Notes: generated by a model from the sequence alone, not told the origin. DNA of 64,000 bases from Eledone cirrhosa (GCA_964016885.1 OZ024740.1:31806001-31870000); one strand, 5' to 3'; shown: positions 40,780 to 54,707, counted from the first letter of the stretch. Translations and numbers: made by a program.

Positions 40780-41235
40780 TTGGATTGGCAGTATCGGTAG
40801 AGGGTCGGATGCCATGCCTTGCAGCAAAGAGTTACGGCCCTTTATGGTCTGAGTTCAAATCCCGCCAAAATTAACTTTGCCTTTCATCCTTACGAGGTCA
40901 ATAAAATATAGTACCAGTAATACACTGGGATAATTGCTTGTCTTGTGCCAAAAGTAGAAACAATTATTATGTTACATTATGTTGTTTTGTTATGTTATAT
41001 TATTATATTATATATATATTATTATATATATTATATAAGGGTGGTGGATTGGCAGTATCGGTAGAAGGTCGGACACCATGCTTTGACGCATAGAGTTACG
41101 GCCCTTGCCATTCTGAGTTCAAATCCTGCCAAGGTTAACTTTGCCTTTCACCATCCTTATGGGGTCGATAAAATAAAGTACCAGTATGCACTGGGTAATT
41201 GCTGTCCTTGTGTCAAAAGTAGAAACAATTATTAT
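40780..41235 (+). mobile_element. two family A SINEs separated by (ATATT)n
   Basis: Heads GGATTGGCAGTATCGGTAGA at about 40782 and 41046; tails CAAAAGTAGAAACAATTATTAT. Confidence 0.8.
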
Positions 41236-41275
41236 ATTATATAATATATTATATTACTTTTTTACTTTGTTTCAG

Positions 41276-41383
41276 GTGGACATATTTTCCTATGGAATTT
41301 TGTTATACTTCCTTCTCTCTGGTGGAAAACATCCATATGGCTACCTCCGTCATCCATCTGAAATGGAAGAAGCAATTATCTCT
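41276..41383 (+). CDS. LRRK2: LRRK2-like kinase exon i (alphaF)
   Basis: tttcag acceptor, gtaagt donor. VDIFSYGILLYFLLSGGKHPYGYLRHPSEMEEAIIS. Confidence 0.95.
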
Positions 41384-41392
41384 GTAAGTTAA

Positions 41393-41612
41393 CCCTTTAG
41401 CATTTAAACCGGCCATATCCTGCCATAATCTCTCACCTATGTTTGTTCAAACTGGCCGTAACTGGCCACTCTTACTGACATTAAGGTATTGTTCTCAAAA
41501 TAAATAACATCAAAATCTCATAGATTCGATATTATGTGAGATAATTATGTAAGATAAAGCCTTTACAATGAAAATACAATAGTAAATATAGAGTTATATA
41601 AATGCTAAAGGG
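41393..41612. mobile_element. piggyBac-type MITE, copy 3 (inverted relative to copies 1 and 2)
   Basis: TTAA-CCCTTTAGCATTTA...TAAATGCTAAAGGG-TTAA. Confidence 0.78.
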
Positions 41613-41765
41613 TTAAACATTCCTGAATGAAGTCCTTTTCAGAGGTGTAACTTCTGGATGATTAACTCTTTAACTGGAGATGTTATCTAATATTTTCAGC
41701 AGTTTATTACAGTTAATTGGGAGCCATATCAATATAACATTGAAAAAAATTCTCTCTCTCTTGCA

Positions 41766-41813
<48 letters not shown>

Positions 41814-41844
41814 AAGAATCAAAGAACTGTTCAAAACATTATTG

Positions 41845-41891
41845 TGCTTACAGCTGTTTCCTCCAAACCGAGGTTTGGATTCTTCGGAGCA
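41845..41891 (-). ncRNA. minimal type-I hammerhead ribozyme motif (Penelope-type)
   Basis: Minus strand: UGCU-CCGAAGA-A-UCCAAAC[CUCG]GUUUGGA-G-GAA-ACAGCUGU-A-AGCA. Stems I and II pair and stem III is palindromic; U4 is replaced by C. Confidence 0.65.
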
Positions 41892-42627
41892 ATTTATTAA
41901 TGCATGGACAGTTATATGACCTCCTTTTCAGCATGGACAGTTATATGACCTCCTTACATAACCATAAATAGTATAACTAATACTATATATATATATATAT
42001 ATATATAATGAAGAATAACATGTATAAGCTATACAGTAGGGTTTATGCCAAGTATTAGCAAATGTTTCATTTGCCCAGTGTGTATAAAAATCGTTATTTG
42101 TGGTGCTGCTTTGACAATTGATTTTAAATACAGTCACCACCAGCCAAATTATCAAAATACTAGTTTGGTACTGGTGTTACAACACATTTATACTGGGGTG
42201 TACATTTGCACACATACATGCGTGTGTGTGTGTTTATATATATATGTATACATACATATGCGCTGGCTAGTTCACCCCTTCAATCACTCCCTTCTCTCTC
42301 TCCAAATATAAATAAACCTGTAGCGAGGTAAGAATCCCAGAATTTGTCAACGCTCAAAAATGGTGAGACCTCGTTCCTGCGAATTATAATGTAAATGCCA
42401 TTTTTCTGATCTCTCTCCAGCCTATCAGTTCATTCATTCATATTTATTCTATTCTATAATTCTGTCTGGTTGTTTCTAAATAATCTTCTTGTATTTTTAA
42501 CTATATTTTTAACTACCCCACTTTGCTAACTACCCCATACCCCTCCCTCCCTCCCCCACTCTCCACCTTATTATTTGGACCAATCACAAGTCAACAGCCT
42601 ATGCTATCACTTCTGGCTGCTTTTCGA

Positions 42628-42775
42628 TATGATGATAATAATGATAATAATAATGAAATTATTGTGTACAGTGCTCAGGTGCACTACAACTCATCAAAGG
42701 TGCATGTATAGTACATAGGGCAATGCACAAACATCAGTAAAATGAACAGTGCACGAGTCATGATACACACATGAT
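42628..42775 (-). mobile_element. CR1-group LINE 3' UTR fragment
   Basis: Near-identical to 12690-12815. Confidence 0.8.
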
Positions 42776-42779
42776 ACAT

Positions 42780-45700
42780 CTATGATGGATGGACTAAGGA
42801 ATTTCTGGAGAGTCTGATGAATCTGGACACTCGATGACAATGCCAAAGATAACGACAAATTCACCTCATGCTGCCGGACGAAAGGGCAAGTCCCCCTCCT
42901 CTTTGTTTCGGCCGCGGAAGGCCAACATAACCCCAACCCCATCCCCTCACCCATCCTCCAAACACAATCCAAAACTTCAGAGTTGGTACCATAAATGTAG
43001 GCACCTTAAAAGGCCACTCTAACGAGGTTGTAGAAATGCTTGAACATAAGGAGGTTGATGTTTGCTGTATCCAAGAGACCAGGTGGAGGGGTAGGTCTGC
43101 TAGATTCATTGTGGGTAAAAAACGTTGCTATAAGCTCTTCTGGGTGGGAAATGACAATGGGATAGGTGGGGTAGGAATCATGTTAGCAGAAAAATGGGTG
43201 GATAAGATAATAGATGTAAATAGAGTAAATGACAGAATAATTAAAATAAGACTTGTTCTAAATAGAACTACTGTGACAGTAATGTCGGCATACGCGGCCC
43301 AATCCGGACTGCCTGGCGCTATAAAAGACAGATTCTATGAGACACTGATGCTCACTACCTCCCAAATAACCGACAGTGACTATATAATTATTGCTGGCGA
43401 CCTAAATGGCCATGTTGGTCAACATTGTGACGGCTATGACGGAATCTACGGAGGCTATGGGTTTGGTACTAGAAACGAGGAAGGCTCCAGAATCCTGGAA
43501 TTCTGTGATGCAAACAACCTAACTATCTGTAACACTAACTTCAAAAAACGAGACAATCACTTGATCACCTACAGATCGGGGGAACATACCAGCCAGGTAG
43601 ATTATATCCTTACCAGAGGACGTGACAGAGTGTCTGTTGTAAACACTAAATCCCTCCCCCATGAAGAATGCACCTCCCAACATAGACTGCTAATTAGCGA
43701 CCTCATAGTCAGGACGAGACGTACTAGACAACAGAAGAGGACTATCCTCAGGAGAAAAATATGGAAGTTAAAGGACCCCACAGCCAGAAATAAATTTCAA
43801 AGCATGTTACTTGATGCTTTCGACAGTAAGGAAGAGCAATTAGAGTCAGATAATATAGAGGAACAGTGGGAATTCCTGAAAGCAAACCTGCTGACGGTGG
43901 CAGACGAAGTCTGTGGCTGGAGCAGGCCTGTAGGCAGGAGGAGAGTAACATGGTGGTGGAACAGTAAGGTGGAGGAGTCAATTAAGGCCAAAAAGCAGGC
44001 TTGGAAAGTATGGCGGGATGGGGGAAGTAGAGAAGACTATCAAGTGGCCAGGAGGGAAGCTAGGAGACAAGTGTACTTCGCAAGAAGAGAAGCAGAGGAA
44101 AGAAAGTTCAAGCATGTTCTACAACGTGAGGACCAAAAACGTGGGTGTTCAGGATTGCTAGGCAATGTGTCAAGGAAAACCGTGATATTGTCGGGGATAA
44201 GTGTGTACTTAATGATGATGGTGTACTTGCCATCACTGATGCTGATAAGAAGGTAGCTTGGAAGTGTCACTACGAAAGGCTTCTAAATGAGGAGAATAAA
44301 TGGGAGAAAGACAGTCTCCCCCACATCGACCTGATAGAGGGACCGGCAGTGTTAGTCGAAGGTAGTATAATAAGTAAGGCAATCAAAGATATGAAGATGG
44401 GTAAGGCGGCTGGGCCTTCGGAAATAGTTGCTGAGATGCTGAAAGCCTCTGGAACGGTGGGACACACCATGGTCACCCGGATAGTAAACCAAGTCATACA
44501 GAATGGGGTTGTTCCGAAGGACTGGCGTAGCAGCATCATCATTAACTGTTACAAGGGTAAAGGAGATGCCCTAGATAGGAGTAACTATAGAGGCATTAAA
44601 TTAATCGACCAGGTCATGAAGGTCACGGAAAAAGTTATAGCGCAACTAATGAGAGAGCGAATTGATCTAGATGAAATGCAGTTCGGTTTTGTGTCAGGCA
44701 AAAGTACCACAGATGCTCTTTTCATTGTACGACAACTACAGGAGAAGTACCTAGCTAAAAGTAAACCCCTATACTTAGCTTTTGTCGACTTGGAGAAAGC
44801 CTTCGACAGAGTCCCCCGTTCCATTATCTGGTGGGCTCTTAGAAAACTAGGTGTTGACGAATGGCTTGTGAGAGCTATACAAGCCATGTATAAAGAAACA
44901 GTCAGCAAGGTTAGAATTAACAACGAATATAGTGAAGAGTTTAGTGTAAAAGTTGGTGTACATCAGGGCTCTGTTCTTAGCCCCCTACTATTTATTATTG
45001 CCCTTCAGGCTATAACAGTGGAGTTCAAGACCGGCTGCCCATGGGAACTCCTATACGCAGATGATCTAACACTCATAGCTGAATCAATGGCCGAGCTAGA
45101 GAAGAAATTCCAAACATGGAAGCATGGCCTAGAATCAAAAGGGCTTAAAATTAACCTAGCTAAGACTAAAGTTCTAGTTTGTAGGAAAGAAAATAAAGCG
45201 ACGGTCCCTTCCGGGAAATGGCCATGCTCAGTGTGTAGGAAAGGCGTAGGTAGAAACTCCCTTTTATGTCCCAAATGCAAAGTATGGGTGCATAAAAGAT
45301 GTAGTGGGATCACAGGTAAGCTAACTAAGAACATAGATTTTACATGTGGCCGGTGCTCTGGTGCAATAAGTAGCAGCAAATGCCCACAAAATACTAGCTC
45401 TTCCAATTGCGCAGAGGGTTCTATAGAAATAGTGGACAGCTTCGTTACCTGGGTGACAAAATCAGCAGTGGGGGAGGGTGCTCTGAAAGTACAGTAGCTA
45501 GAGTCAGAACTGGATGGAAAAAGTTCAGAGAGCTTATACCACTATTAGCCACTAAAGGGTTCTCCCTAAAAATGAAAGGCAGGTTGTATGATGCCTGCAT
45601 ACGAACAGCAATGTTGCATGGCAGTGAGACCTGGGCATTGTGTGCAGAGGATATACGCAGACTAGAGAGGAACGAAGCTTGCATGCTCCGCTGGATGTGT

Positions 45701-46232
45701 AATAGTAACATACGTGAATGGCAAAGCATAAGCGAACTAAGGAAAAAATTAGAAATAAGAGGGATCAGATGTTGTTTACTCGAGAGAAGGCTACGTTGGT
45801 ATGGTCACGTGATGTGCATAAAAGACGACAGCTGTATAACAAAGTGCAGAGCAATAAAGATAGACGGTAGCTACGGAGTAGGCAGACCCAGAAAAACCTG
45901 GGACGAGCTGATAAATTCCGACCTCATGCACTTACACCTCTCAGCCCCACACTGTAAATGTGGTTGGTGTTAGGAAGGGCATCCAGCTGTAGAAAACCCG
46001 CCAGACAGTCCACGCTGTAATGTGGCCGTGTAGGCAACACGGTAAAAACCTCCCAGCCCCACACTGTAAATGTGGTTGGTGTTAGGAAGGGCATCCAGCT
46101 GTAGAAAACCCGCCAGACAGTCCTATGCGAGCAAGACAATCACTCTTGCCTCAAGTGGGAAAACCCCCATCCAAACCCATGCAAGCGTGGAACACGGACG
46201 TTAAACGATGATAATGATGATGATGATGATGA
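42780..46232 (+). mobile_element. near full-length RTE-clade LINE (APE, RT, PHD-like finger), frameshifted
   Basis: APE motifs (VGTINVGTL, CIQETRW, GDLNGHVG, QVDYIL, SQHRLL) and RT motifs (FVDLEKAFD, GVHQGSVLSPLLF, LYADD). Frameshifts at about 44145 and 45440; 3' UTR with an internal direct repeat; (GAT)n tail. Confidence 0.95.
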
Positions 46233-46559
46233 CATATACACTATATTTCTCTCTCTCTCTCTCTCTTACACACACACCACAAAATAAAAAAGAAATTGTT
46301 CATACACGTATTTTCCAAAAATAACCCCTCTCCAAATTCCTGATTGAAAGCCATCACTAATACTATACTCTGTTTTTTTAACTACCCACCATAAAAAGAC
46401 CTGTGACAAACAAACCAGCTAAAACACACACACACCACACTACAAAAACAAACAAATATATGTGTGTGTATACTCTGGGAATGTATCTTACATTGCCCAT
46501 TGAGTATGCTGAGATACAACTGGCATTGATAAATATGCTGGGTCCGTCAACTCCATATT

Positions 46560-47580
<1,021 letters not shown>

Positions 47581-47592
47581 CGGAAAATACTG

Positions 47593-47650
<58 letters not shown>

Positions 47651-48044
47651 CCTAAAAAACCCTTTTTTTTTCTTTCTTTCCCCCCAAAATATTTCTCTAA
47701 GTTTTGATCCCATCACACTTACAATAACACACACACACACATTTATATACACACTCACACATACACAATCATACCCTCTAAAACCGTATTCCTAAAATAG
47801 AATTTTTTTTTAAATCCTATATACCTCTTTCCCCTATAGCAATTGTGTCTAGCTTACATTTCTCCTCTTCACCACAATTCAGATAGACACACTTATATAC
47901 AAAAAATTTCCTCTCCCTAAAAATAATTTTGTTCTGTGAAAAGACACAACTACCACCACTACTATCACTACCACTCTCTATCTAAAGTAAGGAGTGCGGG
48001 ACTGCGTATGGTTTGTAATTTTTTGTCCTATTAGTAAAATAGGA

Positions 48045-48297
48045 CGCCCTTCTTAACACCAACCTCATTTACAGTGAGTGCTGGGTGCTTTTTTGCCATG
48101 GCACCTCCACGACCACTTTGCAGTGGAATGATAGGGACCCCAGTCCCTATCATCTCATTTCTACAGCTGAGTAAACTGGAGCAATGTGAAATAAAGTGTC
48201 TTGCTCAAGGAAACAACACATCACCTGGTCTGAGAATTGAACTCACAACCTTTCGATTGCAAGGCCAATGCTCTAACCACTAAGCCATGTGCCTCCA
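48045..48297 (-). mobile_element. family C SINE, 3'-truncated
   Basis: Near-identical to the copy at 46650-46894. Confidence 0.8.
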
Positions 48298-48321
48298 TGT
48301 GTATGTGTATGTGTATATATG

Positions 48322-48352
<31 letters not shown>

Positions 48353-48379
48353 GTGTATATATATATATATAGATATACA

Positions 48380-51300
48380 GAAAGAAAATGAGATACCCAC
48401 CACCACAGTCAGGGAGGGCAGGCCAAGCAACCAACAAGCAAACAGTAAAGGTGGGAAGCGAAATCACCTTCCGAAGGAGAACCAAGCGGAGAGGGACCAG
48501 TGGACAATTGTCCAAAGGAAGAACAGAAAGCGCCGAGACACTGGGAGCAAGAAAATCCAGGTAATGTGCAAGTTCTTCAGGAACGGGACCTGCTGGAATG
48601 GAGAGACAGGGACAGGCTGCAGATTCGCTAACCCCAGGCCCCAAGCAAACTATGCCCATCCTACTCTCACAACATGCCCCAGCCAAAACCAAAACAAGCT
48701 GCCCCAGAAGTATGCTGATGTCACGCGTGCCGCTCCAACAAAGAGAAGGCACGCATATGCCGACGAGATACAGATGGCAGCAGCAGAGCAGAAAAAATTT
48801 TTGGTGATGGCAGAGAAGATTGTGGGACAGCTGACCTGGCTGCATCATTTTCAGAGCCAGGGTCACTCACACCAGCACTTGAGACCACCACAATTAAGGG
48901 ACCCATAGTGGCCGCCGCTGACACCAGACCAGGTGTCATACCGACAGCCATTGCTGGCACCCCAAAAGTCACACCAGTGCTGCTGCTGAATGTCAGAGGC
49001 CTGGTGAAACTCACTAACATGAGTAAAATTTCCTACCTGGGAGACTTAGCTATAACCAATCAAGAATTATGCATGGCACTAACCAAAACACACCTGCAAG
49101 CAGTATAGCAAATGCGGAAATACATATACCAAAATCCTGTATTTCATTCGGACAGGAAGGAGAGAACTCATGGTGGGGTTGCTCTGTATATCCGTGAAGA
49201 TGTCACACCAATTATACTGTTGACACATTCAAACTCATCTGTGACACACTGATAGTACATATGAAGCAACTAAAGACAGTAATATGTGTCACATATCGGC
49301 CGGCCGATGTCCCCAGTCATGAGGGTAAATTTGAGGATGGCCTCAGTAGGATAGAAGAGGTCCTTGACAACCTGGACCAGGGTCTCAACATTCTACTGCT
49401 GGGAGACTTCAACCTGCCAAAGGTCAAATGGCCTGAGGGCCACCTCCTCCCTGGAATGACATCAATAGAACAGAGATAGACGGAGTCCCTGCTGGCCCTC
49501 ACACACAGGCTGTTCATGGAACAAGCAGTACTCCTCCCAACAAGAGGCGAGAATGTCCTAGACCTCTGTTTTACAAACAACGAAGTTCTCATCCACAATG
49601 TAAAGGTGACACTAACAATTTTCTCAGATCATAACTTAGTAGAACTAATGATATGTGGTCCGAGAGAATCAACAGAGACACAACCATCTAGAAGCACCGG
49701 GACCTTATCCAGCCTTAACTTCTACAAGGCTAACTGGAAAAAGATCAAGAGAGAAATCCGGAAGCAAATATGGAGCGAAAACACCGCCACACAAGACACC
49801 AACACACTTCATGACAATAATACAAACTATATGCCAAAAGTTTGTCCCGGAGAAAAAGGCCAACAGACACAAATATCTTATTCCCAGAGATAGGAAAATC
49901 CTTATGAGACGACGAACCAAGCTCTCAAACCAGTTGAATGCACAAGAAGGAATCCTATTTGAAACGTGCACTACTTGACACCGAGATTGCACTCAAACTT
50001 TCCCATGAAAATGAGAGGGCAAAGAAAGAAAGTAGGACCGTAGAAAATATTAAAACAAACCCTAAGGCCTTCTTTAAATTTGCAAAAGAAACTGCCTCAG
50101 TACACTGCAAGATTGGGCCATTCTTCCATAGAGACGGTTCATTAACCAAGAATCCTCAAGAGATAAGTGAAATACTGAACGAACAGTACAAAAGTGTCTT
50201 CACATGTCCACTGAGGCACATGTGAAGACACTTTGTACAAATAACAAAGCCAGAGGAGTTCTTTGATGCCACAACACTCCATGAAGAAATGGCGACCATC
50301 AACCACATAGACATAACGGAGGAGGATGTGGTATACGCCATAGATGAAATTAGAACAGACTCAGCTGCTGGACCTGATAGATCCCCAGCAGTCCTCTTAA
50401 AAACATGTAAGCAGGCCTTAGCAACTCCACTGAAGATGCTCTTCAGAAGCTCCTTGGCTAGCGGTATACTACCCAGGAAGCTGAAAGAAGGCACAATATG
50501 CCCTATCCATAAAGGAGGTAGCAGAGCGGAGGCCAAAAGCTATAGGCCAGTCTCCCTGACATCACATATCAGTAAGGTCATGGAGCGAATCATCAGAAAG
50601 AAACTGATCACTTTCCTCGAGGAAAATGACCACCTGACTAGCACGCAGCATGGCTTTCGCCCAGGAAGAAGCTGCTACATCACTACGACTGGGTACAGAA
50701 ACAACTGCTAGACAGCTCACATGTGGACATGATATATCTTGACTTTGCGAAGGCCTTTAACAAGGTCGACCACAGAATGATATGTCACAAACTACATGGA
50801 CTCGGCAAAACTGGAAAAGTAGGTGAGTGGGTGCATGACTTCTTAAAGGACCGAAGCCAGACAGTCGCAGCAAACGGGGCCTTCTCAAAGGAAACATCAA
50901 TAACAAGTGGGGTGCCCCAAGGCACAGTCCTGGGACCACTACTGTTTTTGGTGGCTCTCTCAGACATGCCCTCTGTAGTGCATACAACAACATCCCTCAG
51001 TAGCTATGCAGATGGCACTAAGGTAGCACAGGCAATCAAAAACCCGGCTGATGCTGCCCTTTTACAACAAGATCTGGATGCCATATACAAATGGGCGGAA
51101 GACAACAACATGCAGTTTAATGCTGGCAAATTCCAAGCCCTACAATACTAACCGGCAAACACAAATACAGTACAACACAGTTATGCCAGACCAGGAGGGA
51201 CCGATATCCCTGTGTCGAAATAGATACGAGAACTGGGTATAGACATGAGCAATGATGCATCTTTTTCCTCACACATCATGAAAGTGGCGACAATGTGCAG

Positions 51301-51985
51301 ACGACTCGCTGGCTGGATCTTGAGGAATTTCCAGACAAGAGACCGAGACACCATGTTGACACTATGGAGGACATTTGTCCTAAGCCACCTGGACTATTGC
51401 TCCCAGTTGTGGTCACCCCATAGTGTCAAACTAACCACGGAGCTTGAGGCAATCCAGCGAAGCTACACCAAGGGTATTGCCACGATGAAGGAGACAAGCT
51501 ACTGGGAGAGGCTAAAGGAACTGAACCTCTACTCCTTGGAGTGAAGACAGGAGAGATACGCAGTGATCTACATGTGGAAAATCCTGGAGGGACTAGCGCC
51601 GAACTTTGGCATTGGGAGCTGGACCAACCGTCGAACAGGACATCACTGTGTGGTGCCAAAGGTCCCGTCTTCTACATCTAGAATAAGGAGCAGATATTGC
51701 AATAGCCTGGGGTTCAAGGGCCCTCAACTCTTCAACAAGCTGCCGAGGGATCTGAGAGATCTGCATGGTGTGGAGATGGATGTTTTCAAGAAACATCTCG
51801 ACACTGCTATCCAGGATCCCGGATGAGCCCACAGCAAGGCACGAGGGAAACCTAAGGGCAGCAGCAACGAACTCCCTCTTGCACCAGTGGCCAACCAATA
51901 CAGGCGGGAGATAAAATGTGTAGCAGCAAGGGCAGTGCCCCAGCATGGCCTCAGCCGGATGGCTGGAACAGGTAAAAGAGTAAGA
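48380..51985 (+). mobile_element. degenerate CR1-group LINE (ORF1 remnant, APE, RT)
   Basis: GDFNLPKVKW, LDLCF, SDHNLV, YRPVSLTS, YLDFAKAF, GVPQGTVLGPLLF, LDYCSQLWSP; many stops and frameshifts; flanked by (TA)n. Confidence 0.93.
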
Positions 51986-52015
51986 GATATATATATGTAT
52001 GTATGTATGTATGTG

Positions 52016-52066
<51 letters not shown>

Positions 52067-52094
52067 ATGTATGTATATATGTATATATATATAT

Positions 52095-52625
52095 GTCAGG
52101 TCACTCTTGAGTGCTACTGGTAACATGTAACCCAGTACAACCTGTCACATGGTCGAGTCGTCGGTGACTAAACCGGCAACCCAACAAAGTTTACTTGGTG
52201 AGGAGGGTGATTTTGGACACGCTGCAGGACAAAAAACAAAACCTGACAAAGGGCGGAAGAACTCATACGAGTCAACGGCCATCCAAAAGTATTTAAATAT
52301 GTATATACACATGTACCACGCGGTTAAACCGCTGGGAGTGAAGGACCCCTAGCCTTTGTCAGGGCATTCTTCTAGGAGAAGGCAACTCAGGAAACTAGGA
52401 TAACTCCAATATAAAACCTGTGGCTCAGTAGTTACCGATGATGTTGATCTTTTCTTCTTTTCGGGTTATAGCTACTGTCGCTCAGAGAATGGGATTGGCT
52501 CAGTCCACAGTCTTTCCTCACTTTAAAAAATATCTTCACGCACAGGCATTGCACGATAGAATTAATTAATAATTATTAATAATGGTATATTGTGCAATGG
52601 CCATACTCGATAACGAGGGGGCAGC
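52095..52625. other. unidentified GC-richer, structured non-coding repeat-like segment
   Basis: Several hairpins and an 11-bp long-range complement; starts at a (TA)n tract; no convincing ORF. Confidence 0.35.
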
Positions 52626-52639
52626 CATCATCATCGTAT

Positions 52640-54700
52640 ATATCATCATCATCATCATCATCATCATCACCGTTTTACGTCCGTTCTTCCACGCTAGCAT
52701 GGGTTAGACGGGTTGTCCTGTTGTGGGCAGTGTCTGGTCGGCTGACCATGCCTTGCTCATACAGGAACTGATCTGGCTTGATTTCTACAGCTGGATGCCC
52801 TTCCTAACACCAACCTCATTTACAGTGAGTGCTGGGTGCTTTTTCGTGGCGCCTACACGTCCACTTTACAGTGTGGGCTGGGTGCTTTTTTGCCGTGGCA
52901 CCTCCACGGCCACCTTGCGGTGGGGGGGGGGGGGGGGGGGCATATTGTTTATATGCTTCAGCATGTACCCATGGGAGGTCGGGTACCCTGTATTACTGCG
53001 TGACGCCAGAAGTCACGGTCGTGTGTCATTGACTTTGAGAGGTGTAGTTGGGTAAGGTCGGCTTTTATCACCTCATCCCAAGTCATCTTGGGTCTCCCCA
53101 CTCCGCGGTTTCCATCAACTTCTAGTGCTCTGCACCTTTTTATGCAGCTGTCATCCTTCATACGCATCACATGTCCATACCAGCATAACCGCCTCTCCTG
53201 CACGCAGCATTTGATTCCTCTTATGCTCAGTCTCTCTCTCAATTCCTTTATGCTTTGTCGTTCACGTATATTACTGTTACACATCCATCGGAGCATGCAG
53301 GCTTCGTTTCTCTCTAATCTACGTAAGTCTTCCACCTTCAGCGCCCAGGTCTCACTACCATGCAACATCGCTGTTCGGATACACGCATCATACAGTCTGC
53401 CTTTCATTCTGAGGGAGAAGCCTTTTGCAGCTAGCAGTGGTAGTAGTTCCCTAAACTTCTTCCATCCCGTTCTTACCCTAGTTATTGTACTTTCTGAGCA
53501 CCCACCTCCGTTGCTAATTCGGTCACCTAGGTAGCAGAAGCTGTCTACTGTTTCTACAGGGCCCTCCCAGAGATTGGTGGTACTTGTTTCCTGTGGCTGT
53601 TTGCTTGCTGTTTCAGCACAGCTGCTGCATGTGAATCCTACATTCTTAATTAAGCTTCCTGAGATCCCGCTACATCTCTTGTGTACCCATTGTTTGCATT
53701 TGGGGCAGAGAATGGAGTTCCTACCTACACCTTTCCTACATACTGAGCAAGGCCATTTCCCTGAGGGGATCTGGGTTCTGTTTTCTCATCTACTTACAAG
53801 GACCTTAGTCTTTGTCATGTTGACTTTGAGGCCCTTTCTCTCTAGTCCCTGCTTCCAGGTTTGGAATTTATTCTCTAGTTCTACCATAGATTCAGCTATG
53901 AGTGCGAGGTCATCAGCATACAGGTGTTCCCATGGGCATCCGGTCTTAAACTCCTCCATTATTGCCTGCAGGACTATGATGAACAGGAGAGGGCTAAGAA
54001 CAGAGCCCTGGTGGACCCCAACCTGTACGCTAAATTCCTCGCTATACTCATTGCCAATCCTAACTTTGCTGACTGCTCCCCTATACATGGCTTGTACCGC
54101 TTTCACAAGCCATTCATCTACTCCTAGTTTTCTAAGAGCCCACCAGATTACTGCACGTGGAACTCTGTCAAAGGCTTTCTCAAGGTCGACAAATGCCAAG
54201 TAGAGTGGCTTACTTTTAGCTAGGTACTTTTCCTGTAATTGCCTCACAAGGAAGAGGGCATCAGTGGTGCCTTTCCCTGGTACAAACCCAAATTGCATCT
54301 CGTCTATATTCACCCGGTCCCTAATCAGCTGTGCTATAACTCTTTCTGTTACTTTCATGACCTGGTCCATCAACTTTATACCTCTATAGTTTCCTCTATC
54401 TAGTGCATCGCCTTTACCTTTGTAGCAGTTGACAATGATGCTACTGCACCAATCTTTTGGTATGGCCCCCTCTAGTATTACCTGGTTAACGATACGTGTG
54501 GTTATAGTGTGACCTACAGACCCAGATGCCTTCAGCATCTCGGCAGCTATACCCGATGGACCGGTTGCCTTCCCTATCTTCATATCTCTGATTGCCTTAC
54601 TTACTACGCTGCCGCTGACTTGTACTGCTGGTCCCTCTATAGGGTCTACGTGGGGTAGGGTCTCTTCTTCCCATGCATTCTCCTCATTTAGTAATCTATC
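52640..54700 (-). mobile_element. 5'-truncated RTE-clade LINE
   Basis: Minus ORFs 53786-54583 and 52958-53407 are homologous to the RT and C-terminus of the + strand RTE; 3' UTR and (GAT)n tail. Confidence 0.95.
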
Positions 54701-54707
54701 ATATATA

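Noticed and set aside
52190-52212. Minus-strand CCUCCUCAC resembling the L3 loop of an HDV-like ribozyme
   Set aside because: The P3 and P1 pairings could not be formed around it.
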